The notes under the pieces are model-generated. The model was not told the DNA's origin, made no database searches, and was given only the letters and a program-made list of their open reading frames with translations. From positions 7,566,001 through 7,630,000 of the forward strand of contig NC_087438.1 of assembly GCF_036321535.1 (NCBI RefSeq): 64,000 nucleotides of DNA, written 5' to 3'. The stretch comes from Camelus dromedarius (Eukaryota). Positions 12,191 through 24,770 of this stretch are shown piece after piece; within the stretch, counting starts at the first letter, position 1; each line of letters begins with the position of its first letter. The translations under genes and the position numbers were made by a program.

Positions 12191-13174
12191 CCAGCCATGC
12201 TTTTCCCTACTATGCATTGGATTGTCATAAAGTTCTAACTGTTACAAGAGCCCCCTCTCATTTATTCAGCATGTTTCCCTAGCTCGTTGGTCTCACTCTG
12301 TTGTCCTTTTGTAGCCAGAGTGTCCGTATTCTTTCTTCATCATCAGATGCTTGCAGACGGTTTCTAGGCCCTTTCAAGCCCTCATTTTCCCAGGGTACCC
12401 ACCCCTGTTCTGTCCTGGGGTGATGTGCCCTGCATCCTCTGACCATAGTGGCCCATCCCCTCGGACCCTCCGGCTTGCTGATGAGCATCTTAAACGTGCT
12501 GTCCTCAGTGTAAACTGGAATTGTACACAATCCTGCTCTAAACCTGCTGGCTTATTTGCTCAGAGTGAACAAAAATCTCCCAGTTACGTGTGCTTGCTAT
12601 TCCATCAAGACGGATCACGCAGTTTCTGTTCTTTCCACATAAGTATATCAGAACAGAGGCTAAGCATACATTGCGGGCCAGAACTCAGTGTGTATGCCAA
12701 CCTAAAGGACATACTTCCACTGTCTAGCCCAGGGCAAAGTTACACACTGAGGCGTGTGAGCCCAGTGTTCCAGGCAGTGCGAGGGCCCTGCTGCTGGGCC
12801 CCTGCCTGGGGTTTCCCGCTCACAGGGCAGTGCCAGCCCCAAACTCTCTCTTACGCAGGCCGCTCGCAGCGAGCAGGCCAGCAGCTGGGTCTGCCCGTCA
12901 GCGTGCTGGTTCCTTCCCCTCCCCTCCGTGTATCTGTAACCAGCAAGGACTTTCCTTCTCTCCGTCTCATCCTCTTACTTTAGTTTATGTAGCTGCCCCA
13001 TAGGTCACTTTAGAATTCAAGAGATGGTCATTGTCTCAGTCCACGGTTTTATACTTGGCTTATTGACTATGGAGGAAATTGACATCACCAGACTGTGTGG
13101 GGCCATTCCCGCCGGGTTGGTTCACCATCTGCTATGGGACAAATGCCTCCTCTTAGCCCTCCCTCACTCCCTCC

Positions 13175-13350
13175 TTCCCTTGCAAACAGTGATGGGCTCC
13201 AGCTCCAGGCATTGTTCTGGATCCTGGGGACCCTGGAGTTGAACAAGATAAAGTTCCTGCTCTCAGGGACGTACGTCTGGTGCCAAACACGTAAATCTAT
13301 GAAGTATGCTCAGGTTGTGATAACTGCAATGATGGAAATAAAACAGGCTA
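13175..13350 (-). mobile_element. L2 fragment
   Basis: ccaggcattgttctgg...gaacaagataaagttcctgctctcaggga. Confidence 0.65.
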
Positions 13351-13355
13351 ATGAA

Positions 13356-13402
13356 GTGTGTGTGTGTGTATGCATGTGTGTCTGTGTGTGTTTGTGTGTG
13401 TG
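13356..13402. repeat. Interrupted (TG)n microsatellite
   Basis: Read directly. Confidence 0.9.
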
Positions 13403-15377
13403 TCTCCTTCTCCCAGGTTCCTCCAGAGCTAAACCTTCCAGCTTCTAATTCGTGCTTTCTTAGCAGAGCTATGTCCTCCCGACACGGCTGAGGTCAGCAC
13501 CCGCTCACCTGTCTCATTCTCCGTCATTTGCCAGGGGAGGTTCTGCAAAATGAGTTTTGAATTTATCAAGTGCTGGAATTAAAATTAGTAAATATGCAAT
13601 CAACCAACTTACGACTACAAGTGCCAATGTCTTCGCTAAGCCAGGCACGACTCTGGACGTGGGATATGGCACAACCTCTCTGAAGCCACCTCTGTTTTGT
13701 GAGAGTGGGCGGAAGCACAGCAGAGCCCTGGAGCAATTGCGGGTCGGCCTTTGTTTCCTGTTCCCCTGCCCTTTCATCTCCTCAGCCTGCCCCCGTCCAC
13801 CTGTAGACCACGTCATCTTGGATTCTCTCCACTGACCAAAACAAGAGAAGAGTGGCTATAATTTATGTATGGTTAGATGGGCAATCAGGGTCAGGGGTAC
13901 TAGGCCTGGGACCCGCTATCCAGAAATCAACATGGTGTGTTTTTCTGTAGCCTCAACAGTTCTTATCCCTGAGGACCTTGAGCGTGGCCAGGCGAGCTGT
14001 AGGTCAGGGGCCCTGCAGGTCATCACACAAGGAAAGAGGAGCCGTGAGGCTAGCCCTGGCCCTGCCTATGTCGGCAAGGCTTGGACGAGGCAGCCAGGGG
14101 TGGGATTCATATCAGAATATACACTGTCTTTCCAAGGCTGGCAGAAGGCCCTCAAATCTGGTGAAGGAGTGAAGGCTCTTACCAGGCCCTTTGTTTCCCT
14201 GATGCTCAACAGGACAGAGCTGCCAGCTGTGTTGAATGTCCCAGACCCCCTACTCGAGCTTCAGCTAAAGTGAAAATTCTCACAGGCTGGTTCTTTCTTC
14301 CTCTTTCTCCCTCCTTTCCTTCCTCCCCGCCCCCTTTTTTTTTTTAAACATTTTAGGCAATTAATCTCATATTGTGGAGTGGAAGGCCGTCGTCTCTTTA
14401 AAGGCTATTTCAGACATGAGCCGACTAATATGCCTGTTTCCTGGACAGTGGGCTCGGGGTCTGGGTGCTGCTCTGAGCCCGGTCTCCAGGTCACCCTGAA
14501 ATCCTGCTCTGGGTGGAACAATCCTCAGGGCAACCTCCCAGTCTGCCCCTGAGTAGCCACTGGATGCGGGTCAGGTTACCTTGTGTACCTGCTTCCAGGC
14601 TGCCGACCACGGGGCCCAAGCACGGGCTGAGGCATCCGGGTTCCCCCAGCTGCAGCTGCAGGCCCGGGGTCCACCATTCCTTGGAGTTCTGCCCTGTGAG
14701 GGGGCCCCTCCTTCCTGGCTTTCCCCACTGGCTCCTTCCCTTTGCTGCCTTCACAGAAGCTGGGGCTTCGCTCCATCACTCCTCTCCTTCCTTTAGCCTG
14801 TATTCTTCCCTCCTTCTGTGCAAAGATTTCCAGCTCTGCAGAGCTCATTTCCTGTGTCCCTCCTGTCCATCTTCTGTACCAAGTCTCCGCCTAGGTTCCT
14901 CCATGTACAGTGAGGCAGAGGCGACAGGAGACCGTCATTCCCGTTGCTTTGGACTTTTGGCCAAAATCGGAAGCAGGAAGCCGGAAGTGGGTAGAGTTGT
15001 TTGTGCTGCTTCAGGATTCCTTCCTTTGGGGTCCAGGAAACTTCAACCTGGCCATGGCCAGGGAGACTAGGGATGCAGAGAATCTGAACGGTAGAGAATA
15101 TTCAGGAAAATTGTTGACCAGGATACTATTTCAGCTACATAACAATGTGAGATAAGAAAAAATATCAGGGAGCTGCTGTAGAAATAGTCAATAACCATTA
15201 TTTGAATGAACAACTTACTATCCATGCCTACTTTTCACAGGATAAACACTTATGCACATTAGAAAGAAGTCTGCTTAGCTTTGAGGCAAGTTTTCTTCAA
15301 AAAAGTCAAATCTGGCTCAGACATGTCCCACCTTCCTGGTGTGTTGCTTGGGTTGCATGGTCTACAATCTAACCAGA

Positions 15378-15548
15378 GGGGGACAAGGTATAGCTCAGTG
15401 GAAGAGCACGTGCTTAGCCTGCACAGGGTCCTGGGTTCGATCCCTGGAGCCTCCATTAAATATAAACAAACAAACAAACAAACAAACAAACAAACAAAGA
15501 ACCTGATCCCTCCCCTCTCCACGCACACACACACACACACACACAAAT
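15378..15548 (+). mobile_element. Camelid tRNA-derived SINE with (AAAC)n and (AC)n expansions in tail
   Basis: A box tagctcagtgg, B box gggttcgatccc; degenerate TSD atctaaccagag / atccaactagag. Confidence 0.9.
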
Positions 15549-15736
15549 CAGATCCAACTAGAGAAACACTGGCCTGTAATGAACACGGAGTGGACACTCT
15601 GCCGTGGACTTTTTATCAAACAGGCTATTTGTGTTTCCTCCTTTCCAAAGTTGATGTGTCATGGAAAAATTTGAGCACGAATAAAAATTTCCTGTCTTGT
15701 AGTATTTCAAAGGCCCTCTAAGATCCAGCTCTAAAG

Positions 15737-15974
15737 CATGCACCCTCAAAGGGGGTGGTACTGCACTCAGTGGGGTAAAACATCACACTCCATATACATC
15801 ATTTATACAGCTTTTTATGTACAAAGCACAGATATATACATATAATACATAAGTAGATATACAGTATGTCTTTAATATTAAAATTTCATTGAGGAGTGAT
15901 TAGGATAAAAATGTCTAAAAAGACTTTTTTGGGGGAGTGGGGGGTGATGATGAAAAAAAGGTTGAGAAACACTA
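15737..15974. mobile_element. MER112-like hAT-Charlie MITE
   Basis: aaaaggttgagaaacacta terminus; 8-bp TSD ctctaaag / ctctaagt. Confidence 0.7.
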
Positions 15975-16291
15975 CTCTAAGTGGATGCTTTTGTGAAGGT
16001 TTCTATTTTAAAAGATTACTTCTTAATTAATTTTTAAAATAGAAACTCAGATTTTCAGATCTTGAGCTGCTTAAAGCAAAACAGATCTAGGAAGCCACTT
16101 ACTGCTAGAAGGCAGCATTCATCCACCTTAGCCCCTGCACAGAGGGCCCCGGGAGAGTATTCCACTGGGGAAATCCATGCCATGATACTATAAAATAATA
16201 AGGCTGCTTATTGTCCACCACTTGTAAAAGCAGTCTCATTATAATTTTATAGCCAGATCTCTTTGGTAATAATAGTACTGATAATTACAAC

Positions 16292-16425
16292 ACTGTATTT
16301 CATCAAACCAGGACTCAGTCGACTGTAAGACGTGCTATTAAAATTTGACACAATGCTAGGATGCTGTAGGCTAGGATGCACTGAAGAAATGTTAAAATGT
16401 GCATCGTAGGATCAATGAAATGTGG
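16292..16425. mobile_element. MER104-like TcMar-Tc2 MITE
   Basis: TIRs ctgtatttcatcaa / tcaatgaaatgtgg; aaatgtgcatcgtaggatc. Confidence 0.65.
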
Positions 16426-16439
16426 AAATGATCTCTGAC

Positions 16440-16620
16440 GACCACTGAACCTTCATCATGTGCCTGGCATATTTCATCGAGTACTTTCAACAGTGATGCC
16501 TATGACATGTGATGATACTTAACCCTATTTTTCAAATGAAGACAGTTGAGATTCAGAGAGGTTAAGTTACTTGCCAGAGATTGCACAGCTCTAAAATGGT
16601 GGAAGAAGGGATCAACTCGA
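16440..16620 (-). mobile_element. MIR SINE
   Basis: ttcagagaggttaagttacttgcc...cacagct. Confidence 0.75.
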
Positions 16621-18084
16621 GGACCCCAGGACGCTCATGCCTCAGCCTTCTGAGGACCACAAGGCTTCATCTTTCCCTGTTCTATCTCCTCCATTAACCT
16701 GGAAAGGTAGATTCACCTTAGTTCTTTTGATGTACGAGTTGCCAGAAAAGTGCACAAAATAGAATGCTTGTATCTTTCAAATTCATAAGGGAGAAGTTCT
16801 TTTTAAAGGAATGCTCTGGGAAGAATGCTTTGGTAAGGTGGCATTCCAGTGCCGTCCTGACCTAACTTACCTTGGACTTGGGTTTTGTCCTGACTCCTCC
16901 CGACTCCCACGGTGGGACGGTGGCTGGAAGTTCACCTTTTTGAGTCCTGGTGTCCAGGCATCAGTCCTGAAGTTTGTGCCTCATAAATCCAGGCTCTGAT
17001 AGTCCAGCAGTGTCATTAATAAACTCCTGACAGATGAGATATTAAACACACACTTCTAACAGGTTTATAGATTTCCACTTGGGATTTCTGCTGGGGGGGG
17101 GTCTGTTTTTATCTTTCCTTTGCCTTTGTTTGAAATGCTCTTCTGTAAGGGATCTTGGCTACCTGGAGTATATTTAGCTCATTCCGCTGGGACACTTCCT
17201 TAATGGTATAGAGATAACCAGTTGTATAGTTTATACTGGAATGGAGGATTTTGCCTCCCTCAAGAATATTATAATCTTAACTTACTGTTTGAGGCTCCAT
17301 TGCTTTTGGGTAAATACAAAAATGTGTTTTCTCTTCCCCTATTCCAGCGAGCAGTTTTTCAAATGGACTGTAACAGAAGCTTCCTCTGTTTGCATTGCAA
17401 GTCATCTCAGGTTTACATTCAGAAAACCTAATAAAAATCGGAGCTGCAAACAATTGGGCAAAAGCAGAGGAATGAAAAGAAGATTTTGAGGGGGGATTCT
17501 GCACAACAATGGCACAAGGCTGTCGCTTGCAGAAGGACTTAGCTTTTTCTCAGGAGGGGGGAGTTTGACTCTGTCCACCCCGAGGAGTCCCTCCAGAGGG
17601 TTCAGACGACCCTGAATCCTTCATGCAAAGCTACCCTGTACATCTGAGGCCGAGAATCCTTCCACCTGACCTTAGGTAGATTGGGGTGCCTTTCTAGTAA
17701 GTTCTTCTTTTCTGACTTCATGTGACATAAAGCTGTTTGAAGTTATTTTAAACCCAAACAGACAAAAATTTCCTAAGAGGTGATGTCTCCCTGAGCTTAC
17801 TCAGTAATATTTATTCTGCCAATTCCTGGACAGAAAAAAAAAATTCTGCCTACATTCACTATACATTTTGGCAAAAGTCAATAGAGTTTCTTTTCCCCCT
17901 ACGAGTTCTCCTTGGTTTTAGTTTACTTGAGTACACACTGCCAGTTGAACAAATAAACTCTGGCCAGTATCTCGGCTAGTGTTGCAGTGCTGTTTCCTGC
18001 TGGGGTTTGGTATCATCGCCTTGTAACTGGGAAGCCATTCCTGTGTTCACAAGACCTGTGATTCCCTGGCACGTGAGCGCCTGA

Positions 18085-18255
18085 GCTCGCCGCAGCTGAT
18101 CCTAGACGTCTCTTCCCGACCACGCTTCTAGTGACGTGACGACGGAGCTTGAAACTGGTCTCCACGGAGTACTTACACCACAGACATTGGCAAGCCCTAC
18201 GGAGCATGGCCTCCCTCTGCTCCCTGGGGCCTTCTGTTGAGTGCTTACAGCTCTC
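18085..18255. mobile_element. MER63-like hAT-Blackjack fragment
   Basis: agcttgaaactgg...ggagtacttacaccacagacattggcaa. Confidence 0.65.
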
Positions 18256-18477
18256 CCGTTTCTGTGGCTGTCAAATCTCAGGGGCTCAAGTCCTAGAAGA
18301 CACGTTACACATGCGGGACAAAGAGTCACCGTAGAGGGAACCTGGTTTGGGGCGTCACCAACAGATGAGTAGGCTGGACATGCCTCCTGCCGCTGCCCAT
18401 GCCACCGCCCAGCGGACGTTGTTCGTGTGCACACCTCTGTGTGTGTGTGTGCGTGTGTGTGCGTGTGTGTGCACACG

Positions 18478-18953
18478 TGTTAACAAAGTCCAAGCTCATA
18501 CTGCTCACCACAGGACAGGCCAATAAATCGAGAGACAAGTTGCCAGGGCAAGGAATAGTGACTTTATTTGGAAAACCAGCAGACCAAGAAGATGGTGGAC
18601 TAGTGTTCCAAAGGACTACTTTGCCTGAGTTAGAGTTCAGGCTTCTTTTACACTAAAAGGGGAGGGAGTAAAGTCAAACATTTCCTGGTTCCAGTGAGCC
18701 CCCGGAGGGATGTGTTAATTTTTCCCTTCCGTCATTCACACGTGGACCTGGTCAGGATGTTTCCTACGAGCTAAACAAATGTATTTTAGCTTAATGCTCC
18801 TTACCTGGGAGGCAGGGTTCCCAGAGATGGGTTATTATGTATAATTTAGGCTTAAAGGCAACATCTTTTTAGAGATAAACAGGCACTAGAATACAAAGCG
18901 GAAAGTAAAGAAACAGATCCAGTACGGAGTCCGGTTTGTTCCTCCCCATCACA
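18478..18953 (-). mobile_element. ERV1-class solo LTR
   Basis: TG...CA ends, 4-bp TSD CACG (18474-18477 and 18954-18957), minus-strand AATAAA (actttatt). Confidence 0.88.
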
Positions 18954-19624
18954 CACGTGCACACGTGTGTGAGCCTCTGTGTGTGTGAGTGGGCAGCCCC
19001 TGACCTCCTGCACAGTGTCTCTTTCCTTCTCACCCCCTTTCCCTCCTACCTGAGCCTGTCAGAACAGGTTGGGCATTCGTTAGCCATGCAGATGGGCTGC
19101 TCAGAGCCAGACATGTCCTTGAAGAATGATTCTCTAGAATATGAGACTGGGGGAAGCCCCTGTCACATCCTCCCCCTTCTGTCCTCTGCTCCTTCCTGCC
19201 CATTAAACTGAACATTCAGGGACCTCTAAACAGGAGAAGACGTGCTGGCTGGGAGGCTGGCCTGGAATGAGGGAGGACGAGATCTGATGTCGCCTGTCCC
19301 CCGGGCAGCGGAGGGGCGCCTGGACTGGCCATGTGTCAGAACCTCCGCTTCTCTAGGCTCCTTCTGCTGGGCCTCCTCTTCTTCCCACCACTGAAAACTC
19401 AGATTGACCTCAGGCACCTGAACCTTCATGCAGCTCTTGGCTTTTGTCTGACCTCTGTTGCTGCTGCATAGGCTATTTGGGGTGGAGACATGAGTCACCA
19501 AGCAGAGTGAGAGAAGCTGGCCGGAGCCCCAGCCTCCTCTTTGCATCTTGGAGCTGAGCTGCAGCAGCCCTTACAGGCTCTTATGATTTGTCTGCATTTG
19601 TCTACGATCCTTGTGCATCAGAGA

Positions 19625-19790
19625 TACCTTAAACCTCACGAGGATCCACTGGGATAGGTCACTCCTATTCCTATTTCATGGGTGGGGAGACTGAGGTTCT
19701 AAGACATGAAGTAACTTGTCCAAAATCTCACAGCCAGCAAGTGTCAGAGGCAGAATCAGAGGCAGGCGGAAGTCCCAGACCTTCAGCCAT
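19625..19790 (-). mobile_element. MIR SINE
   Basis: gagactgaggttct...gaagtaacttgtccaaaatctcacagccagcaagtgtcagag. Confidence 0.75.
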
Positions 19791-21689
19791 ATCTGTAGTC
19801 CATCTCTCAAGGGCCAGAAGCAGCTCTTCAGTGGCTCTGCCAGTTTCTGTGGCTCTCTCCTCCACCAGTTCTGTATTTCAGATGTAACCATAGCAAGCTG
19901 CTTTCCCAGGCCAGCAGGGGAATCCACTTCTGCAGGGACCTTAGGTCTCCTTGCACTGCACGCCCTAATGTTGCTGGACCCAGGAGAAGGCTGCCTGCTC
20001 AGACTCCACAGGCAAGGCTGGAGGAGGGGGGTCCATCCCTCCATCTGTCCATCCAGCCCCTTGCTCTTTCCCAGGGGGGAAACTGGAACCCAGCAAGCAG
20101 AGATTTGCCCAAGGCAGGGCGTGGACTTCACGCTCAACCAAGCTGGCTCAGGCTGGTCCTGGATGCTTCCTTGACCTCAGAGGCCATTGTGGGCTCTGCT
20201 GGGAGGTGGGGGGGGGGGGGTGGGTGCACGAGAACCCTTGGAAGGTGACAGGGGATCACCCACGGCCCCTGGGAGGAGCCATAGAAGAACCTCAGGGCCT
20301 GTCTAAGCAGAGACGCAAAAATGTCCCAGGTAAGTGGTGGGGCCGTGGAAGGCCACAAAGTGTGGACATTAGTGATGTGATCATGAAACCCATGGCTGCT
20401 GGGACCCCCCTTTTGTCCCTGCCACCCACCCCCACCTTGCCACCCCGACCATAACCTCTCAGAACCATCTCAGGGTTAGAGGGAGATTTTTACTTCCAAG
20501 GTGATGCCTTCCAAAGCAGGTGCTCAAAGCGTCTGGTAACCGATGAATGAAGCAAAGAGGAATAAACAGCGGCAGTGTTGACGGCGCACCTGCTCCGCGG
20601 TCGTCCTTGGCTTCCTTTTCCGGCTCACACTGCTCCCGGCGAGTGGAAGCCCAGCCTTGACCAAACAAAGCCTCAGTTATATCCCTTTTCTTAACTGGAA
20701 TCGCGTGTTAGTCTGAGCACGGCTGTCAGTGCTGCCTGCCTGGGGGAGGGGACTACGCTGGAATTTTACAAGTTTATGAATTCTGTATTTTTTCGATTTT
20801 TAGCAGGGTCTCCAGGCTGATTCCTGGAGCAACAGTTGTTCTAAAGATTACATTTTTATTAAAAAAAAAAAAACTCTTTATAATGGAACAACGGCACTGA
20901 CATCACTGGATTCACGGAGAGGTGTCTGTTTGTCCCACTTGTTTACTGTTGGTAGGTGTGAGATCAAGCTGGCTTGTCACTAGTCCATAAAAATTGTGAC
21001 TATTGGTATTCAGGTAATTACAGAAATATATTCAGAATAACATAGTTCAGATGTTGGATTTTCCCCAACAGTTCGTTTTAGTTTCAAATAGAAGAATGTC
21101 AAGCTTCAAAATACTCTGTAGCTCTGAGGGGGCTGGTTGGAAATAATGATGCTCCCTTTGTGTAACAGAACATGTGGAAGAGAGAGCCTGTTCTCCTTTG
21201 CTTCAGTAGAAGAGGCGTTCTCGAGCAGAACAGCTCAGATGAAACTGCCGTCTGCCCTCTGCATCGGGGTTCTCAAAAGTGTCCTGAATAAAACTCAATG
21301 ACAAATCTCAGAATGTTCTGAGGTGCACTTGTAGGTGTAAGGATGACACACAACAATGTGTGTAAAGCCCCCCCCCCCCCGGGCGAGCGTGAGCTGCATC
21401 CGGATATGATGACCGTTCCAGACCCCCCAGATAGCATTGCGCCCCAAGGTGCCAATAGCCCTGACCTTGACTGGAGCCATTGTCCTTGGTCTATTCTTCA
21501 TTTTTTCAAGTGTAGGGATTGCTACCCTCGCTCATGCAGAAATACCCCCTTGACCGGGTCATCACCACAGACGTCTCAGCGGGCGCTTTTCTAGTGATGC
21601 TGCCCAGTGTGCATTCACGGGTCTTAGGACCGACCTGTAATTAGTTGTAGGACTAAGGCAATCTTACAAACAGATTTCTCTCAGCCCTC

Positions 21690-22766
21690 AAAATTCAACC
21701 CATGTAAGGACCTCCGTTCTTCACCCCTCCCTCTTCCAAGTCTCTTGCCGTGTGACTTTGCAGTTCTGCTTATCCAGAGGTGACACAGAGCCTTGTGGCC
21801 CTCGCTGATGTAAAGAATGCGTGGGTGAGGCCAGGTGGCAGGGCTGCGCCCGGGCCTCTAGAAGCCCCACGCACTTCTGATCCCTCTCACGTGTCTCTGT
21901 TTTGCTATGAGAACGTGGCTAGGCTAGCGTCTTTGAGGATGAAAGGCTATATGTGGTACAGCCAAGTTGTCCCAGCCCAAGGCCATCCTAGACCAGCCCA
22001 TCAGAGGCACCCTGCCTGCTAATTGAAGGCATACGAGTGTGGCCAACCAAGGACACCCAAGCTCAGCCCGGCTAAATCAGCAATGACATATGATTGTAGT
22101 TTTAAGGCACAAGATTTGGGGGCATTTTTGTAACTGCAGGACCCAATGGGGCCTTCCTGGGATGGACACTCCCCACCCTGCCATGTCCTCCACTTGCTTC
22201 CTGTCTGTAGAAAAACTTTAGCCTCCTAGGCCTCCTCAAGTTTCAAAGAATAAATTTGATTAGAGAAGTGAGAAAATGCAGAAAAGAAAAGATAGTCAAG
22301 CAAGACAAAATAATAACAGTTCAGCCATTAAGCAACGTCAGGGACCTTTAGTTCCTCCATAAGAGCTAGAGATAATATTCTGAGCCACATCCTTTGAGCT
22401 GTTTTGCAGACACTGAGACCCCCACCAGGTGGGATAAGTGAACTGTGCGCTGGTAGGCCCAGACTGGTTGGAACCAGAAGTTTGATGATACTGCCTCCCA
22501 CTGACCTCATCACCAACCAATCAGAAGAACCCACGAGCTGATCACACACCCCACAACCCCCTCCCTCACCTTGTCTTTAGAAACCTTACTCTGGAAGCCA
22601 CTGGGGAGTTTGGGTCTTTTGAGCACTAGCTGCCCGGACGCCTTGCTTGGCACCTGCAGTGAATGCTGCACTTTCCTTCATCACAACCTGGGGTCAGTAG
22701 GTTGGCGTTACTGCATGTGGGCAAGTGGACCCCAGTTTGGTTTGTTACTTGTCAATAACTGATACA
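21690..22766 (+). mobile_element. MLT1 (G/H-like) LTR interrupted by an ERV1 LTR
   Basis: tgtgactttgcagttct...cccagcccaaggccatcctagaccagcc...gttttaaggcac, resumes after the insert with aataactgataca. Confidence 0.65.
22129..22748 (+). mobile_element. ERV1-class solo LTR nested in MLT1
   Basis: Starts tgtaac; caaccaatcagaagaa CCAAT region; ends gtggaccccagtttggtttgttac. Confidence 0.8.
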
Positions 22767-23189
22767 CCTGGAACACAGTAAGCGTCTGCAAGCATGGCTA
22801 ATATTTTTAGCTTTTTAAGTTCAGCTCATCAGATAAGTCTTGGCTCCACCATTGAGAGCTCTGTTCTTCACATTGAGACCCCTTCCTGCGGGACCCTCCT
22901 CTCCAGCCCTGGTTTGCCTCTGCTCTCGTGCTAAGCATGTGTATCAGTCAGCTTCACAGACAGTGAACAACCTCCACCCCCTGCTTTCACTTCCCAATAC
23001 AGAGTTCAAGAAAAAAAAAAACAAAAACCAAAGGGCTTCCTCCTAGTGGGAGAAAGGGCGGGTATATTAAATTCCCGGAGCCACACTAAATTTACACAAA
23101 AATTACAAAATGAGAGGCAACTTGGTTCCAGGCACTGCTGTTTGGCATTAATTTGACCTCCCTTTATTTATTTCTTTTTTAAAAAAAAA

Positions 23190-23364
23190 TTTTATTATTT
23201 TGTTTGTGGGGTCTTTTTTGTTTTGTTTTGTTTCTGTTTTTCTTGGGGGGCAGTAATTAGGTTTATTTATTTAGTTAGTTATTTTAATGGAGGGACTGGG
23301 GATTGAATCCAGGACCTCATGCATGCTAAGCATGTGCTCTAGCACTGAGATACACCCGCCCCCC
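23190..23364 (-). mobile_element. Camelid tRNA-derived SINE
   Basis: gtaattaggtttattt...ggggattgaatccaggacctcatgcatgctaagcatgtgctctagcactgag; atttctttt on both flanks. Confidence 0.9.
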
Positions 23365-23494
23365 ATTTCTTTTAAGCAGAGGCAGGAACATCAGTCCTCA
23401 TCCTCACAGTTGTCCCAGGCAAGGCCCCAAACGCTGAGCACAAAGGGAAGACAGAGTGAAAACATGTGGAACAGAATCAAATTAGATGGAGAGC

Positions 23495-23700
23495 AACTGT
23501 CTAATTCGGGGTTTGATTTCTGCTAGTGCCAGATACCTGCCCTTTGACCTTGGCCCAGCAAGTCATCCTGTCTAAATGTGTTTCTTCTGTAAAATAGGAG
23601 TCGTTTTGTCTGCTCTATTTATCTCACACATCGTTGCGAGGACTGAATTAGATGGCCTGTTGAAATGCTTTGTAAACTATGGAGAACTCTGTGGTGCAAT
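23495..23700 (+). mobile_element. MIR SINE
   Basis: tgaccttggc...tttcttctgtaaaatagg...tgcgaggactgaattagat. Confidence 0.7.
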
Positions 23701-24254
23701 GTGAGGCACTGTCGTGGTTGCTCCTGTTTCAGGTCCAGCGGGGAGACCAGATCTGGGAAGACTGGCAGACGGCCCAGGGTGGTGGGGCGGGGAGGCTGAC
23801 TTGTCTCTTTATCAGCAGATAACGTGGGCAAAGCATTGTGACTCACATCGGAAAAGAAGTCTGGCGAACACAAAAGAAATAGTCTGGAGAGAGCTGACGA
23901 GCCCACAGTTGGAATTTTGCTTTGAGGTTTAGAAACACGAGCACCAGGATGCCGAAAGCATTGGAAAGAGTCCAGGGAAAAGCCACGTGAGTCGCTCCAG
24001 ACAGAAGGGCCAGCTTGGGAGGGAGCTGGCATGAGATGTGTGAGCTTTGGCTCCCAGGAAATCGCACTTGTTTTCCCAGGTTCTTCTAAGAGAAGGCTGT
24101 TTCAGGAATGTGTAACTTGCTCTGGGGTGGGGAGTGCTGGTGTACAGAGCCCTGCACAGGACGTCCTAACTCCACCCCTCGTCTGGGTGAAGAAGACAGA
24201 GACGCACCAGAGGAAGAGGTGCCGATCTTTTCCCACAGGGACCAAAGAGAGTTA

Positions 24255-24770
24255 TGCTAGTTAGGGTAGTTTTGGCTGCAATAACAGACAGCTAACAAGG
24301 TTAAGGTCATTTCTTACCCTTAAAAAGAAGTCTTGAAATAGCCCAGTACCAGGACTGGTTAAAACAGCAGCTCAACAAAATCATCTATGACTCAGTTTAT
24401 TCCACCTTCCCTCTCTGCTACCCTTGGTGGCTTGGCTTGGCTTCTCCTTTTAAGCTGGCTTTCAAAGAGGGATCCTATGACTATCAGCATGCCACAGAGA
24501 TGACAGCATCACCACCCTTCTGTGAGAGCAGGAAATAATTTCCCAGATATTTCCCACAGATTCCTCCTCCCGGTGCACTTGGTCATTACTGCGTCCTTTT
24601 TCCAAACCTAAGTCAGTCACCCACAAGGGGAGTAAAGTGGCAGTTACTGGCTTAGACCAATCACGATTCTCCCTGGAACTTGAGATAGCCTGGTCCACAG
24701 AAGAACAAGACCTTCCAATCCCTCAGCACCGTTGGGATTCTGATGGCAGGCGAGGAGGCAAGGCCTGCTG
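24255..24770 (-). mobile_element. MLT1 (J/K-like) LTR
   Basis: agttagggtagttttggctgcaataacaga...tggcttagaccaatcacgatt. Confidence 0.7.

Noticed and set aside
12351..12983. 210-aa ORF
   Set aside because: Non-ATG start, no recognisable domain, no splice structure; expected by chance in GC-rich DNA.
15378..15455. tRNA-like A/B boxes as a tRNA gene
   Set aside because: SINE head with tail and TSD; the same applies to the other six copies.
20201..20224. G-run/G-quadruplex potential (also C/G runs near 21368, 50770, 53162)
   Set aside because: Simple homopolymers, common and prone to assembly error; no supporting context.
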